A stretch of DNA of 64,000 nt from Clostridia bacterium. GTDB lineage: Bacteria; Bacillota; Clostridia; TANB77; CAG-465. Location of the stretch: assembly GCA_900772475.1 (NCBI GenBank), contig CAAHEI010000085.1:3125-67124 (forward strand), written 5' to 3'. This document shows, piece after piece, positions 18,378 to 26,993 of the stretch (its first letter is position 1; each line of letters starts with the position of its first letter). A program made the translations under genes and the position numbers. The notes below the pieces were generated by a model. It was not told where the DNA came from, did no database searches, and saw only the letters and a program-made list of their open reading frames with translations.

Positions 18378-19451
18378 CTAAATTATTTTTATTGTATTAG
18401 TAGCATTCATTCCATCTATATATTCTACCATTTTTTCTATTTCAGTATCCATATCATTTTGATTTTTTACTGTGTGTAACAATAATTGTGCTGATATTGT
18501 AATCTTTTCTTCTCCCACATATTCACTCTCAAGATTTAATTTAGCAAGCATTCTTTCAACTAGTGGTTGTGCTGCTTGAGCAGTCATATTTGGGAAAATT
18601 ACTAAAAATTTAATTCCACTGTATCTTATTAGTATAACATTCTTATTTACGAAATTTTTTATACAGTTTGTAGCTTTTATAAGAACAGCATTACCAACAT
18701 TTCTGCCATATTTATCATTTACCTCTGGTATATTTTTTAGACATACCATAGCTACAGCATTATTTTCATTATTTTTTACAATTTTTCTTGCACCTGAATA
18801 CAAATATAAATTTGTATAAAAACCTGTTTGTTTATCAAGATTTTGTGCTTGTTCAATTGATTTTTGAAATTCAACTACGTCTAAGAATATACCAATATTT
18901 GCTTTTATTTTTGCAAGAACTGCTTTAGGTATTCCATCAAATGCGTTAGGCATTGTATCTTCTAATAACCAAAAACCTAAATATACTCCGTTACAATATA
19001 TTGGAGAAAACATTGCTGATTTTATTCTTCTTTCTACAGCACTTCTATATAATAAATTTTTTCCAGATGATGTTGTTAAATATTTTGAAACATTTTTTGA
19101 TATATTTGTTTTAAAATCACTTTCAAATGCTATATCCTTTATTCTTTCTTTATATATCTCCTCTATATTACTTGCTGTTGAATCATACTCATAGCCATCA
19201 AAAGTTGAAATTGTAGAATATTTAACCCCATAATTAGTTATTATTACATTATTCAAAGTTTTAATCTTGTCTTCTGCAGACAATTTTGAACTCATTATTT
19301 CTAACATGTTTTGTAATATATTCATATTAGCTACATTTTTTGAAACCGTTTTTAACTGATTAATTTGTCTTTTTTGCACAGAAAATGCAATAATAGATAC
19401 AGCTAAAATTCCTAAAATGACAATTATTAAAGCTATAATCAAAATTTCCAT
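18378..19451 (-). CDS. Membrane-anchored protein with a degenerate GGDEF domain, probably catalytically inactive
   Basis: 357 aa with an N-terminal TM helix. The C-terminal domain aligns with the diguanylate cyclase fold, but the GGDEF position reads RYSGIKFLVIFPN, and no RxxD I-site is seen upstream. Confidence 0.55.
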   Translation of the reverse strand: MEILIIALIIVILGILAVSIIAFSVQKRQINQLKTVSKNVANMNILQNMLEIMSSKLSAEDKIKTLNNVIITNYGVKYSTISTFDGYEYDSTASNIEEIYKERIKDIAFESDFKTNISKNVSKYLTTSSGKNLLYRSAVERRIKSAMFSPIYCNGVYLGFWLLEDTMPNAFDGIPKAVLAKIKANIGIFLDVVEFQKSIEQAQNLDKQTGFYTNLYLYSGARKIVKNNENNAVAMVCLKNIPEVNDKYGRNVGNAVLIKATNCIKNFVNKNVILIRYSGIKFLVIFPNMTAQAAQPLVERMLAKLNLESEYVGEEKITISAQLLLHTVKNQNDMDTEIEKMVEYIDGMNATNTIKII

Positions 19452-19480
19452 TAAATCAAAACCTCTCTTTTTTACTTTAG

Positions 19481-21256
19481 TTATTTTACTTCTTTTTCAT
19501 ATACATTTTCATTTGAATTTCTATAACTTCCACCTGACTTTTTAGAAAACAAACCAAATGAATTTTTCTTTTTAGATGTCTTATATGAATTTCTAGGACT
19601 TGAGTTTTCTCCAATAGGATATATGGCATTTATTATCTTTAATAAATCAGCTCTAAACTCATCTGTGAATGTAGAAAATTTATTTGTATATTTATATAGC
19701 ATTTCTATATATTTTGTATAATTTTCTTGATCAAATGATAATATATAGTATGGAATTGTAGTAGAATTAAATAGTTCATCAAACATTTTTAAATCATAGC
19801 TGGTATACGTAGCAATTCCATCGATAATATCCTTTGCTGTTAAGGCACATCTTACATGTTTGTTTATTATTATTCTTATTTTATTCATTGGAACGCCATG
19901 AGATTTTAGTTCTCTTAAAAATATTGTAGTTTGAGATATATTTAAAACATTCATATCCTGAACTAGATATATTTCTTGACAAAGCCTAAAGAAATCATAT
20001 GGTGTTGTAAAATCCGTATCAATTAACACAACATTATTATTTTGCATTATTGTATCTACAGCAACACTTGCATTATATTGTTTTCTATCATCACCAGGCA
20101 TTCCTGTATATACACTTAATTTTTCATATATAAGTGGTTCATTTAATCCGTTTGAAGCATATTTTAAACTTTCTGCTGCAATTGCTCTTTTTCCTTCATT
20201 GTCATAAGTGTAAATTGTATATGTATCTCTTTTCCTTGTAACATCGCATATTGCAGTTTTTATACCGTTTCTTGCAAGATATGTACCTATACCGTTTATG
20301 CAAAATGTTGTTCCAGACTTTGGTGCACCAACAAAACATACTATTTTCTTGTAATCTTTTGGAACTTCAAATACATTTTTCACAACTTCTTTTTCTATTA
20401 CCTTAGTCACAACTGGTGCAGGCGTTGGAACCTTTTGAACTACTATTTTTTCAATAATTTCAGGTTCTTTTTTTATTTGTATCGCATTTGCATCTTTTTC
20501 AACAATTTTCTTTTGTGGCTTTACACGTTCATTCCTTTTTTCAACAGTTGTTTCAACATTTGGTTGTTCTTCAACTTCAACTGTCTGAGTAGCCACTCCA
20601 AGACTTTTATATTTTTCATTGTTAAATGCTAAGTATTGTTTAACATCAGCTGGTAAAAAATTAGTAATAACCTTTAATTGTTCATCTGTATACTGAGCTG
20701 CTATTCTATCAAATATTTCGTTATATTTATCTGGAACACCATTTTGATTCCTATAATATGATATTATTCTCTGAATTTCTATTTCTGATACTTCAGCAGC
20801 GTTATATATGTTTTCACCGGCCATTTTATCATAATACTTCTTAACATCTTTCTTTTGAAATGGTCTATTAATTCCAGCAGCAACTTTTCCTTTTGTCCTA
20901 TCTTGACCTGTTAAAACTGTATATATTCCAAGGTTAAATAATTTAGCTAAGAAATCATCACCTAATTTTCTTCTATCTGATGCAACATACACAATATTTT
21001 TTGCATCATAAACATCTGTCATAGCATCAATATTCTTAAATAAATAGTCATCAATTTGTGCATAATTATTTGTAGGAAATTTTTCCAACTCTTCAAGAAC
21101 AACTGCTCTATCATATTCACCAGTTGATAACTCTTGAATAAACTGCTTAAAATAATACACGTTTTTATATTCTATTTTCTCTTGATACTTCTGCTGATAA
21201 AAATCAGCAATTCCTTTAGCCGTATCATCATTATTTATACCAAAAAGTATTTTCAT
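19481..21256 (-). CDS. TadZ/CpaE-like protein: receiver-like N-terminal domain, a Pro/Glu/Val/Lys linker, and a ParA/MinD-fold domain with a deviant P-loop
   Basis: 591 aa. The C-terminal domain is KIVCFVGAPKSGTTFCINGIGTYLARNGIKTAICDVT ... NNVVLIDTDF (Walker A-like GAPKSGTT, a Walker B-like hhhhD). The N-terminal ~130 aa has alternating beta/alpha character like an atypical receiver. Confidence 0.45.
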   Translation of the reverse strand: MKILFGINNDDTAKGIADFYQQKYQEKIEYKNVYYFKQFIQELSTGEYDRAVVLEELEKFPTNNYAQIDDYLFKNIDAMTDVYDAKNIVYVASDRRKLGDDFLAKLFNLGIYTVLTGQDRTKGKVAAGINRPFQKKDVKKYYDKMAGENIYNAAEVSEIEIQRIISYYRNQNGVPDKYNEIFDRIAAQYTDEQLKVITNFLPADVKQYLAFNNEKYKSLGVATQTVEVEEQPNVETTVEKRNERVKPQKKIVEKDANAIQIKKEPEIIEKIVVQKVPTPAPVVTKVIEKEVVKNVFEVPKDYKKIVCFVGAPKSGTTFCINGIGTYLARNGIKTAICDVTRKRDTYTIYTYDNEGKRAIAAESLKYASNGLNEPLIYEKLSVYTGMPGDDRKQYNASVAVDTIMQNNNVVLIDTDFTTPYDFFRLCQEIYLVQDMNVLNISQTTIFLRELKSHGVPMNKIRIIINKHVRCALTAKDIIDGIATYTSYDLKMFDELFNSTTIPYYILSFDQENYTKYIEMLYKYTNKFSTFTDEFRADLLKIINAIYPIGENSSPRNSYKTSKKKNSFGLFSKKSGGSYRNSNENVYEKEVK

Positions 21257-21290
21257 ATTTCTCTCCTCTTAATTTTCATAAGTTCATTTA

Positions 21291-21629
21291 TTATTTCATT
21301 ATCAAAAATGCATATAAAAGTGGTAAACATTGTATAATAACCATAAAAATAGCTATACCAATTAACAAACGTCTACCTAATATTTTATGTTCTAAAACCT
21401 CTGAGCCAACAACATAAAATTGATATAAGGCATATATAAATATAAGTGTTACAACAGGCCACGAATATTTTTGTAAAAATATAAGTACCTTCATTGTACC
21501 ATCCATAATTTGATCATTTGTAAAAGTTTCTTCAGCTCCAAAAACAAAATTTGAAACAATAGCAGAAACAATTGAAATAACCAAACATACTATGACTAAT
21601 TTTTTATACCCAATACTTTTATACTCCAT
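21291..21629 (-). CDS. Small polytopic membrane protein (112 aa), unknown function
   Basis: Signal/TM helix plus two further hydrophobic helices. It lies 34 nt upstream of the TadZ-like gene. Confidence 0.45.
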   Translation of the reverse strand: MEYKSIGYKKLVIVCLVISIVSAIVSNFVFGAEETFTNDQIMDGTMKVLIFLQKYSWPVVTLIFIYALYQFYVVGSEVLEHKILGRRLLIGIAIFMVIIQCLPLLYAFLIMK

Positions 21630-21817
21630 TTTTTACCTCACATTTATTATAACTTTCTCTATACCATATAATTTTACTATAAAAGTAATAAAATATCAAG
21701 ACATAATAACAAACTCTTTCAAAAAAATAGAAAACAATAAAATATAACAAAATAAATTAAAACAAAAAAAATAAATATAAAAAATAAATAATTAAAAAAT
21801 GAAATAACAGAAAAAAA

Positions 21818-21843
21818 TCTCCTCATCAATTAAGATGAGGAGA
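21818..21843 (-). terminator. Rho-independent terminator after the LRR/PT-repeat gene
   Basis: 10-bp stem TCTCCTCATC / GATGAGGAGA with a 6-nt loop, followed on the minus strand by a T7 run. Confidence 0.8.
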
Positions 21844-21851
21844 ACAATTCA

Positions 21852-23168
21852 TTAAAATTGTCTTTTTTTCCATCTTACTACAGTAGTGGCTGCAGCAAAT
21901 AGAAGAAGTAAAATTATACAAGGATCATTATAATCCCCTGTTTCAACTACCTTACCAGAAGCAGAAGCACTTGGACTGCTACTTCCATTTCCACTTACAC
22001 TTCCACTTACACTTATATTTCCATTATCACTTGGTGTATGTGTAGGCGTTGGTGACGGTACAACTGTCGGTTCAGTTGGTTCAGTTGGAACTGTTGGAAC
22101 TGTCGGTTCAGTTGGAACTGTTGGTTCAGTTGGAACTGTCGGAGCAGTTGGTTCTGTTGGTTCTGTTGGTTCGGTTGGAACTGTTGGAACTGTTGGAACT
22201 GTCGGTTCTGTTGGAACAGTTGGAACTGTTGGTTCAGTTGGAACTGTTGGTTCGGTTGGAACTGTCGGTTCAGTTGGAACTGTTGGTTCTGTTGGAACTG
22301 TTGGAACAGTTGGTTCTGTTGGAACTGTCGGTTCTGTTGGAACAGTTGGAACTGTTGGTTCAGTTGGAACTGTTGGAACAGTTGGTTCGGTTGGAACTGT
22401 CGGTTCAGTTGGAACAGTTGGTTCAGTTGGTTCGGTTGGAACTGTTGGAACTGTTGGAACTGTCGGAACAGTTGGTTCAGTTGGTTCGGTTGGAACTGTC
22501 GGTTCAGTTGGAACAGTTGGATCTGTCGGCTCAGTTGGTTCTGTTGGAACAATAGTCTTCTGATTAGCAGCCCAATATTCAAACCAGCTTGATAGTTGGC
22601 TTGGTAGTTTTGCCTCAAATTCGTCGATGGATAAATAGTTTTTTTCAAAGCCTGTCGGATATCCATATACTCTATTAACAAGTTTACTGAAATTTTTCAT
22701 ATCAGGTAAAATTGTAAGATTATTGTTATATAGAAACAATGTCTCTAGAGAGTCACTCATTCCAATAATTGCATCAACATTTTCAATTACACCTTCAGAT
22801 ACCCAAAGGTTTTGTAATTTTAAACCATTCAAGCCATCAAGAGTCTTTAATTTGCTACAACCAATAATGGTAATATATTTTAAATTATGACATAGACTTA
22901 AACCATGTAAGCTTTTTATTCCATATTCTGACTCACTATCAATAAAATGATTATATTCAAATAGATCCAACGAATTTAATTCTGACTGTGATATTTTACC
23001 ATCCTTGTCGCTATCTGCAACTTTTACAAGTTCCTTATATAGAACTTCATCTGGAATATCTTTTTGTGTAATTATCCGGTCTTCTGCTTCGTTAGAAGCT
23101 GAAACAGGAATTACTCCAATAGCCATAACCATAACGATTGTTAAAATAACTGATAATAATTTTTTCAT
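21852..23168 (-). CDS. Secreted leucine-rich-repeat protein with a long Pro-Thr repeat stalk and a C-terminal sorting-signal-like anchor
   Basis: 438 aa. It has a signal peptide, one EF-hand/dockerin-like loop (DSDKDGKISQSELNSLD), LRR units (LxxLxLxxN pattern), about 170 aa of PTEPTV/PTVPTE repeats, and ends GKVVETGD + hydrophobic helix + RWKKRQF. Confidence 0.7.
   Translation of the reverse strand: MKKLLSVILTIVMVMAIGVIPVSASNEAEDRIITQKDIPDEVLYKELVKVADSDKDGKISQSELNSLDLFEYNHFIDSESEYGIKSLHGLSLCHNLKYITIIGCSKLKTLDGLNGLKLQNLWVSEGVIENVDAIIGMSDSLETLFLYNNNLTILPDMKNFSKLVNRVYGYPTGFEKNYLSIDEFEAKLPSQLSSWFEYWAANQKTIVPTEPTEPTDPTVPTEPTVPTEPTEPTVPTVPTVPTVPTEPTEPTVPTEPTVPTEPTVPTVPTEPTVPTVPTEPTVPTEPTVPTVPTEPTVPTEPTVPTEPTVPTEPTVPTVPTEPTVPTVPTVPTEPTEPTEPTAPTVPTEPTVPTEPTVPTVPTEPTEPTVVPSPTPTHTPSDNGNISVSGSVSGNGSSSPSASASGKVVETGDYNDPCIILLLLFAAATTVVRWKKRQF
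22040..22550. repeat. Tandem 12/18-bp coding repeats (GGTTCAGTTGGAACTGTC-type) encoding the PT-rich stalk
   Basis: Direct reading. The periodicity keeps three or more frames open on both strands. Confidence 0.9.
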
Positions 23169-23267
23169 ATAAATTCTCCTTTTTTATAAGTATAAATTAA
23201 AAATGTATTTACGGAGATCCACTACTCTCCGTATTGTTGGAGAGCAATTAAGATTACTCATATCTTG

Positions 23268-23296
23268 ATTATAACATTTTATGTATATCTTGTCAA
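23268..23296 (-). promoter_or_regulatory. Perfect consensus sigma-A promoter for the LRR/PT gene
   Basis: The minus strand reads TTGACA (23291-23296), a 17-nt spacer, then TATAAT (23268-23273). A hairpin, ACGGAGA-n8-TCTCCGT, lies in the leader at about 23212-23233. Confidence 0.7.
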
Positions 23297-23341
23297 GTTT
23301 TTTTCCATATTTTTCAAGCTTTTACCAAAAAATAGCAAAAA

Positions 23342-23363
23342 ATATCAGGCATTTGCCTGATAT
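23342..23363 (-). terminator. Rho-independent terminator that closes the pilus-like operon
   Basis: 10-bp stem ATATCAGGCA / TGCCTGATAT with a 2-nt loop, then TTTTTTGCTATTTTTT on the minus strand. It lies 16 nt after the stop of the 1199-aa gene. Confidence 0.8.
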
Positions 23364-23378
23364 TTTAATATATTTTTA

Positions 23379-26300
23379 TTAGTCAAAATCATTTGCCGCT
23401 CTATTATCTAAATCAAATAATGCAACTGTACCTTTTACTTCTCCATACTTAGCATTAGAATTTGTATCATTTACAGTCCAAGTTCCCTTTTCCAACTGAA
23501 TACTTAAATCATCTGCTTTTTTTCCAGGTGTACTAAATCCAAGATATCCTTCATAATCCCATTGAGTAGTATTGGTATTTGGATCTGCTTTTTTATCATT
23601 AGAATTATAACTAATCTTGTTTTCTCTTCCATTGGAACTTTCACAACTAACAATTTCAAATTTAACTCCAACATAACCATCTGTTAATGGTTTTGAAACA
23701 TTTGAGCCCTCCACAGCGATGGTTGAATTTGGTAATTTAAATTCACCATACCAAGATTGTATAAAATTGTTGTCTGACGAACTCATCATCTTACTACTTA
23801 AAACAAAATAATCGCTACTTCCAACTGTAAGTGGTTCTAATTGACTTGACATTGTATCAAGATTTGAAGTTACCCCTGAATTTGATTTTGTCCTATATCC
23901 ATCATTTGGTTTGAAATAAATTGTATAATTGCTTCCAACAAATTTTGTATATTTTCCTGAAGAATTTTTATAGTATAAATTAATATTTGGTTTATACGTT
24001 TCACCATCTTTTGAAATATAATAGTATTTTGGTGTAATTCTTACTTCTTTTTTCGAACTATTTGCATCGTTTAAGTCTTCCTTTGATTTATCAAAGAAAC
24101 CGCTTGTTTTTAAATCAAAGCTTATTCTATACCCCATTTTAGGTGCATTTACATATGATATATTTGTATTTTTATATGGTCCAAGTGGAAGTATTGTTTT
24201 TGCAGCAGCTGACGAAGAAATTGTAAGCCCTTCTCTGTCTTCTAAAGTATTCACATCACTTGAATATATACTATATTTTTTTACTCCAGAAAAATATTCA
24301 ATTCCAGTTAAATCGTTTACACCTTGTTCATTTTTCCTAAATACTGATTTAAAATCAATATCTGAACAATCCGTAACTTTAAAATCATAAATTCTTCCTA
24401 AGTTTGTAACTTCATTATCGCTCTTAGCAAAATAATAAGCATCATTATACATTGTTAAATTACTATATGCTCGTGCATCATGAACCTTGTAATTAGCATA
24501 ATTTATTCCTCTTTCACAATAGTTTCTCCTTACTGGGAAAGTCTCATATTGTCCGTTTATATTAACTTTGAAACTATTATTATTTTTTAAGCCAATATAT
24601 GTATATTCATTAGCAGAAGTAATTAGATTTTTTGATTCTCTATTTAAAACTTTCTGTTTTAGCCAATTATTATTTTCAATAGGCATATTATTTGACGAAG
24701 CTATTAAAGATATTTTTCTTGTGTCACTTGTATTTTCAATTATACTATTTTGATTTATGTTACCACTGACTGTATTTCCAGCTTTTGCCTTGAATTCTCT
24801 TGTATCCTTACTTAATACAATAACTGTACCATATGGAATTTCCTCTCCAACGTTTTTAGTTATTTCTTGAATTTGACCACCACTCGTAAATGAATATAAT
24901 TTTTCATAATTTGTATCATTAGTCTTTACTACATTTATATCAAAAATTAAGTAATACTTATCTATATATTCAGTATATTTATGATTTTTGTATGCATCGC
25001 CTGTTGGTTCACTAATTTTAAGAGTAAAGTCTGCATTTTTCTGAATCACTGATGTATTATTTGTTCCAACTGAATGGTCAACAATTCCACTAGATTCAAC
25101 TTTAACCTTTTCAACTTTAATTGGGTTATATACAATTACCTTAGATTCATTCTTCGTATTTGTAGAAATTTTAGAACCTGAATAACTTTTAGTTAAAACA
25201 TTGTATTTTTGATAATTTGCTGTAATTTTTGGTATTCGAAGTCCATTATATCTATTTTCAGGTACTTTATAACCAGTCTCAAAATCATTTTTTTCAGTCT
25301 TTTTCTCTGCAACAGTTTTCAAATCAGATTTTGAAGGAAAATTCTTAACTTCCTTATATTTTTCCAATTCTGCATTTATAGAATCTACATTTTTAGCTGT
25401 AAATTCCTTTGTCGAATTTCCCTCTAGTAACGTCCACTTATCATTTGCACCCCCAAATATTTTTCCTACATCACCACTATTATCGCTAATATTACCAGAA
25501 ATTAATTTGTTTACATCAAAATTTTTAGCCTTGTATTTTAGAACTTTTCCTTCTATTTTATATTCATATTTTAAAGCTATAAATTTAACTTTATTTGCGA
25601 TTAAATATGGTGTTATATTTTCATTCGTTGGAGTATATTGCATTTGACAATCATCTGTTTTTGAACCATCAGATACTGTTTTAATTCCACTTTCAGGTGT
25701 ATTCCCACCTCCATCTGGATTATCAGGATCATCCGGTGGAATATTCACCTTTTTATACTTGAATTCTATTACAGTGACCTTACTTGTATCTCCAGCTGTT
25801 ATATTAACTGTATCCTTAATATTACTCTTAGCCTTAGACAAATTCTTATGTGCCTCTTCATATGATGTACTTGTACTAACTTTTACTCCTGTAAGCTCAT
25901 AATATTTTGCCCTATCTACTATTGTAAGATATCTACTAACAATTAATTTGTCTCCTGAATCCACCTCATAATACTCAGGATAAACTGAACTATGCTTATT
26001 ATTTGATGAAAATTTATTATTTTTTAATTCTTCAAGATTTCCACTACCACCTCTATCTAATACTTCTGAGTCATTATGACCTATGTCATTTCCTTTTTCA
26101 TCAATATGTCTTACATATACTTTTGAATTTGTGTTAACCACATTTTTTGGTAATAAAAGAATATTGTCATAATAATTTAAAAATGACATTGGTGCTTGAT
26201 AAACAGGGGATCCGGTCAACCCAAATAATTCTGGCAGATCCTTCTCATCATCATTTTCTGCAGCTGTTAAATAACCTACCTCTTTTTTGTCTTCTTTATC

Positions 26301-26978
26301 TATATCATAAACAGAACGTGTGTTTAAATAATATTTATCATAAGAATAACCTATTGGTTGTGAAATATAATATTTATAACAATCTCCTTTAATCTTACTT
26401 GTCCCCAATTTACTTTTTATTTTTTTAATATAATTTTCTGAAATCTGATTTTCATTTAAAGATACATATTTTTTATTTTTTTCGACTACTTGAATTGTTT
26501 CTCTTCTTGCATATCTTGCAAACTCCACGTATTTAATTTTCTTCAAGTCTTCTTCATCTTTATGTGAAACATTGGTTCTTTTTGAATCACCTTTTATGCT
26601 GCCTTTCATGTATCCATATTTACCATTTCCATTATCATCATATTTTGAAAAGGGCTCTGTGTGAACAACAAATGAATACGTTCTAATTGTACCCCATTCT
26701 TTTTCCCAACCAGCTTTAATATTATCACCAAATGGCTTTACAAATGATTCGCTTCCATCATAATATACCCATTCATTACCCTCAGTTGATTTGCGGCTGT
26801 TAACCCACTTTAGCCATGAACCTGTTTCTGCTCCTATACTTGATATAAACACAATATTCTTTCCCTCTGCTGTGCCCTTTATCTCTATATCCTTTGCAAA
26901 TATATATGTATTACATGTTAGGAAAAGAAAAACAAAGGATATTAATATAAATAATCCTTTTTTTAAATGTTTTTTCAT
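23379..26978 (-). CDS. Large secreted protein (1199 aa), unknown function; last gene of the pilus-like operon
   Basis: Signal peptide MKKHLKKGLFILISFVFLFLTCNTYIFA. It has no C-terminal anchor. There is an internal PPDDPDNPDGGGNTPESG linker. One segment (VYVRHIDEKGNDIG...VTVIEFKYKK) resembles MucBP-type beta modules. Confidence 0.5.
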   Translation of the reverse strand: MKKHLKKGLFILISFVFLFLTCNTYIFAKDIEIKGTAEGKNIVFISSIGAETGSWLKWVNSRKSTEGNEWVYYDGSESFVKPFGDNIKAGWEKEWGTIRTYSFVVHTEPFSKYDDNGNGKYGYMKGSIKGDSKRTNVSHKDEEDLKKIKYVEFARYARRETIQVVEKNKKYVSLNENQISENYIKKIKSKLGTSKIKGDCYKYYISQPIGYSYDKYYLNTRSVYDIDKEDKKEVGYLTAAENDDEKDLPELFGLTGSPVYQAPMSFLNYYDNILLLPKNVVNTNSKVYVRHIDEKGNDIGHNDSEVLDRGGSGNLEELKNNKFSSNNKHSSVYPEYYEVDSGDKLIVSRYLTIVDRAKYYELTGVKVSTSTSYEEAHKNLSKAKSNIKDTVNITAGDTSKVTVIEFKYKKVNIPPDDPDNPDGGGNTPESGIKTVSDGSKTDDCQMQYTPTNENITPYLIANKVKFIALKYEYKIEGKVLKYKAKNFDVNKLISGNISDNSGDVGKIFGGANDKWTLLEGNSTKEFTAKNVDSINAELEKYKEVKNFPSKSDLKTVAEKKTEKNDFETGYKVPENRYNGLRIPKITANYQKYNVLTKSYSGSKISTNTKNESKVIVYNPIKVEKVKVESSGIVDHSVGTNNTSVIQKNADFTLKISEPTGDAYKNHKYTEYIDKYYLIFDINVVKTNDTNYEKLYSFTSGGQIQEITKNVGEEIPYGTVIVLSKDTREFKAKAGNTVSGNINQNSIIENTSDTRKISLIASSNNMPIENNNWLKQKVLNRESKNLITSANEYTYIGLKNNNSFKVNINGQYETFPVRRNYCERGINYANYKVHDARAYSNLTMYNDAYYFAKSDNEVTNLGRIYDFKVTDCSDIDFKSVFRKNEQGVNDLTGIEYFSGVKKYSIYSSDVNTLEDREGLTISSSAAAKTILPLGPYKNTNISYVNAPKMGYRISFDLKTSGFFDKSKEDLNDANSSKKEVRITPKYYYISKDGETYKPNINLYYKNSSGKYTKFVGSNYTIYFKPNDGYRTKSNSGVTSNLDTMSSQLEPLTVGSSDYFVLSSKMMSSSDNNFIQSWYGEFKLPNSTIAVEGSNVSKPLTDGYVGVKFEIVSCESSNGRENKISYNSNDKKADPNTNTTQWDYEGYLGFSTPGKKADDLSIQLEKGTWTVNDTNSNAKYGEVKGTVALFDLDNRAANDFD

Positions 26979-26993
26979 TTTTTCCTCCTTTCA

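Noticed and set aside
19481-21256. The possibility that the 591-aa ParA/MinD-like protein is a flagellar FlhG or a division MinD.
   Set aside because: No flagellar or min genes are nearby. The domain layout (receiver-like N-terminus plus linker) and the neighbourhood fit TadZ/CpaE better. This remains unverified.
22013-22681. Long alternative-frame ORFs on both strands across the PT-repeat region: 222 aa on the minus strand and 168 aa on the plus strand (22049-22555).
   Set aside because: They consist entirely of Q/L/F/N or L/E/V repeats produced by reading the 12/18-bp PT-coding periodicity out of frame. They have no SD and no independent start context.
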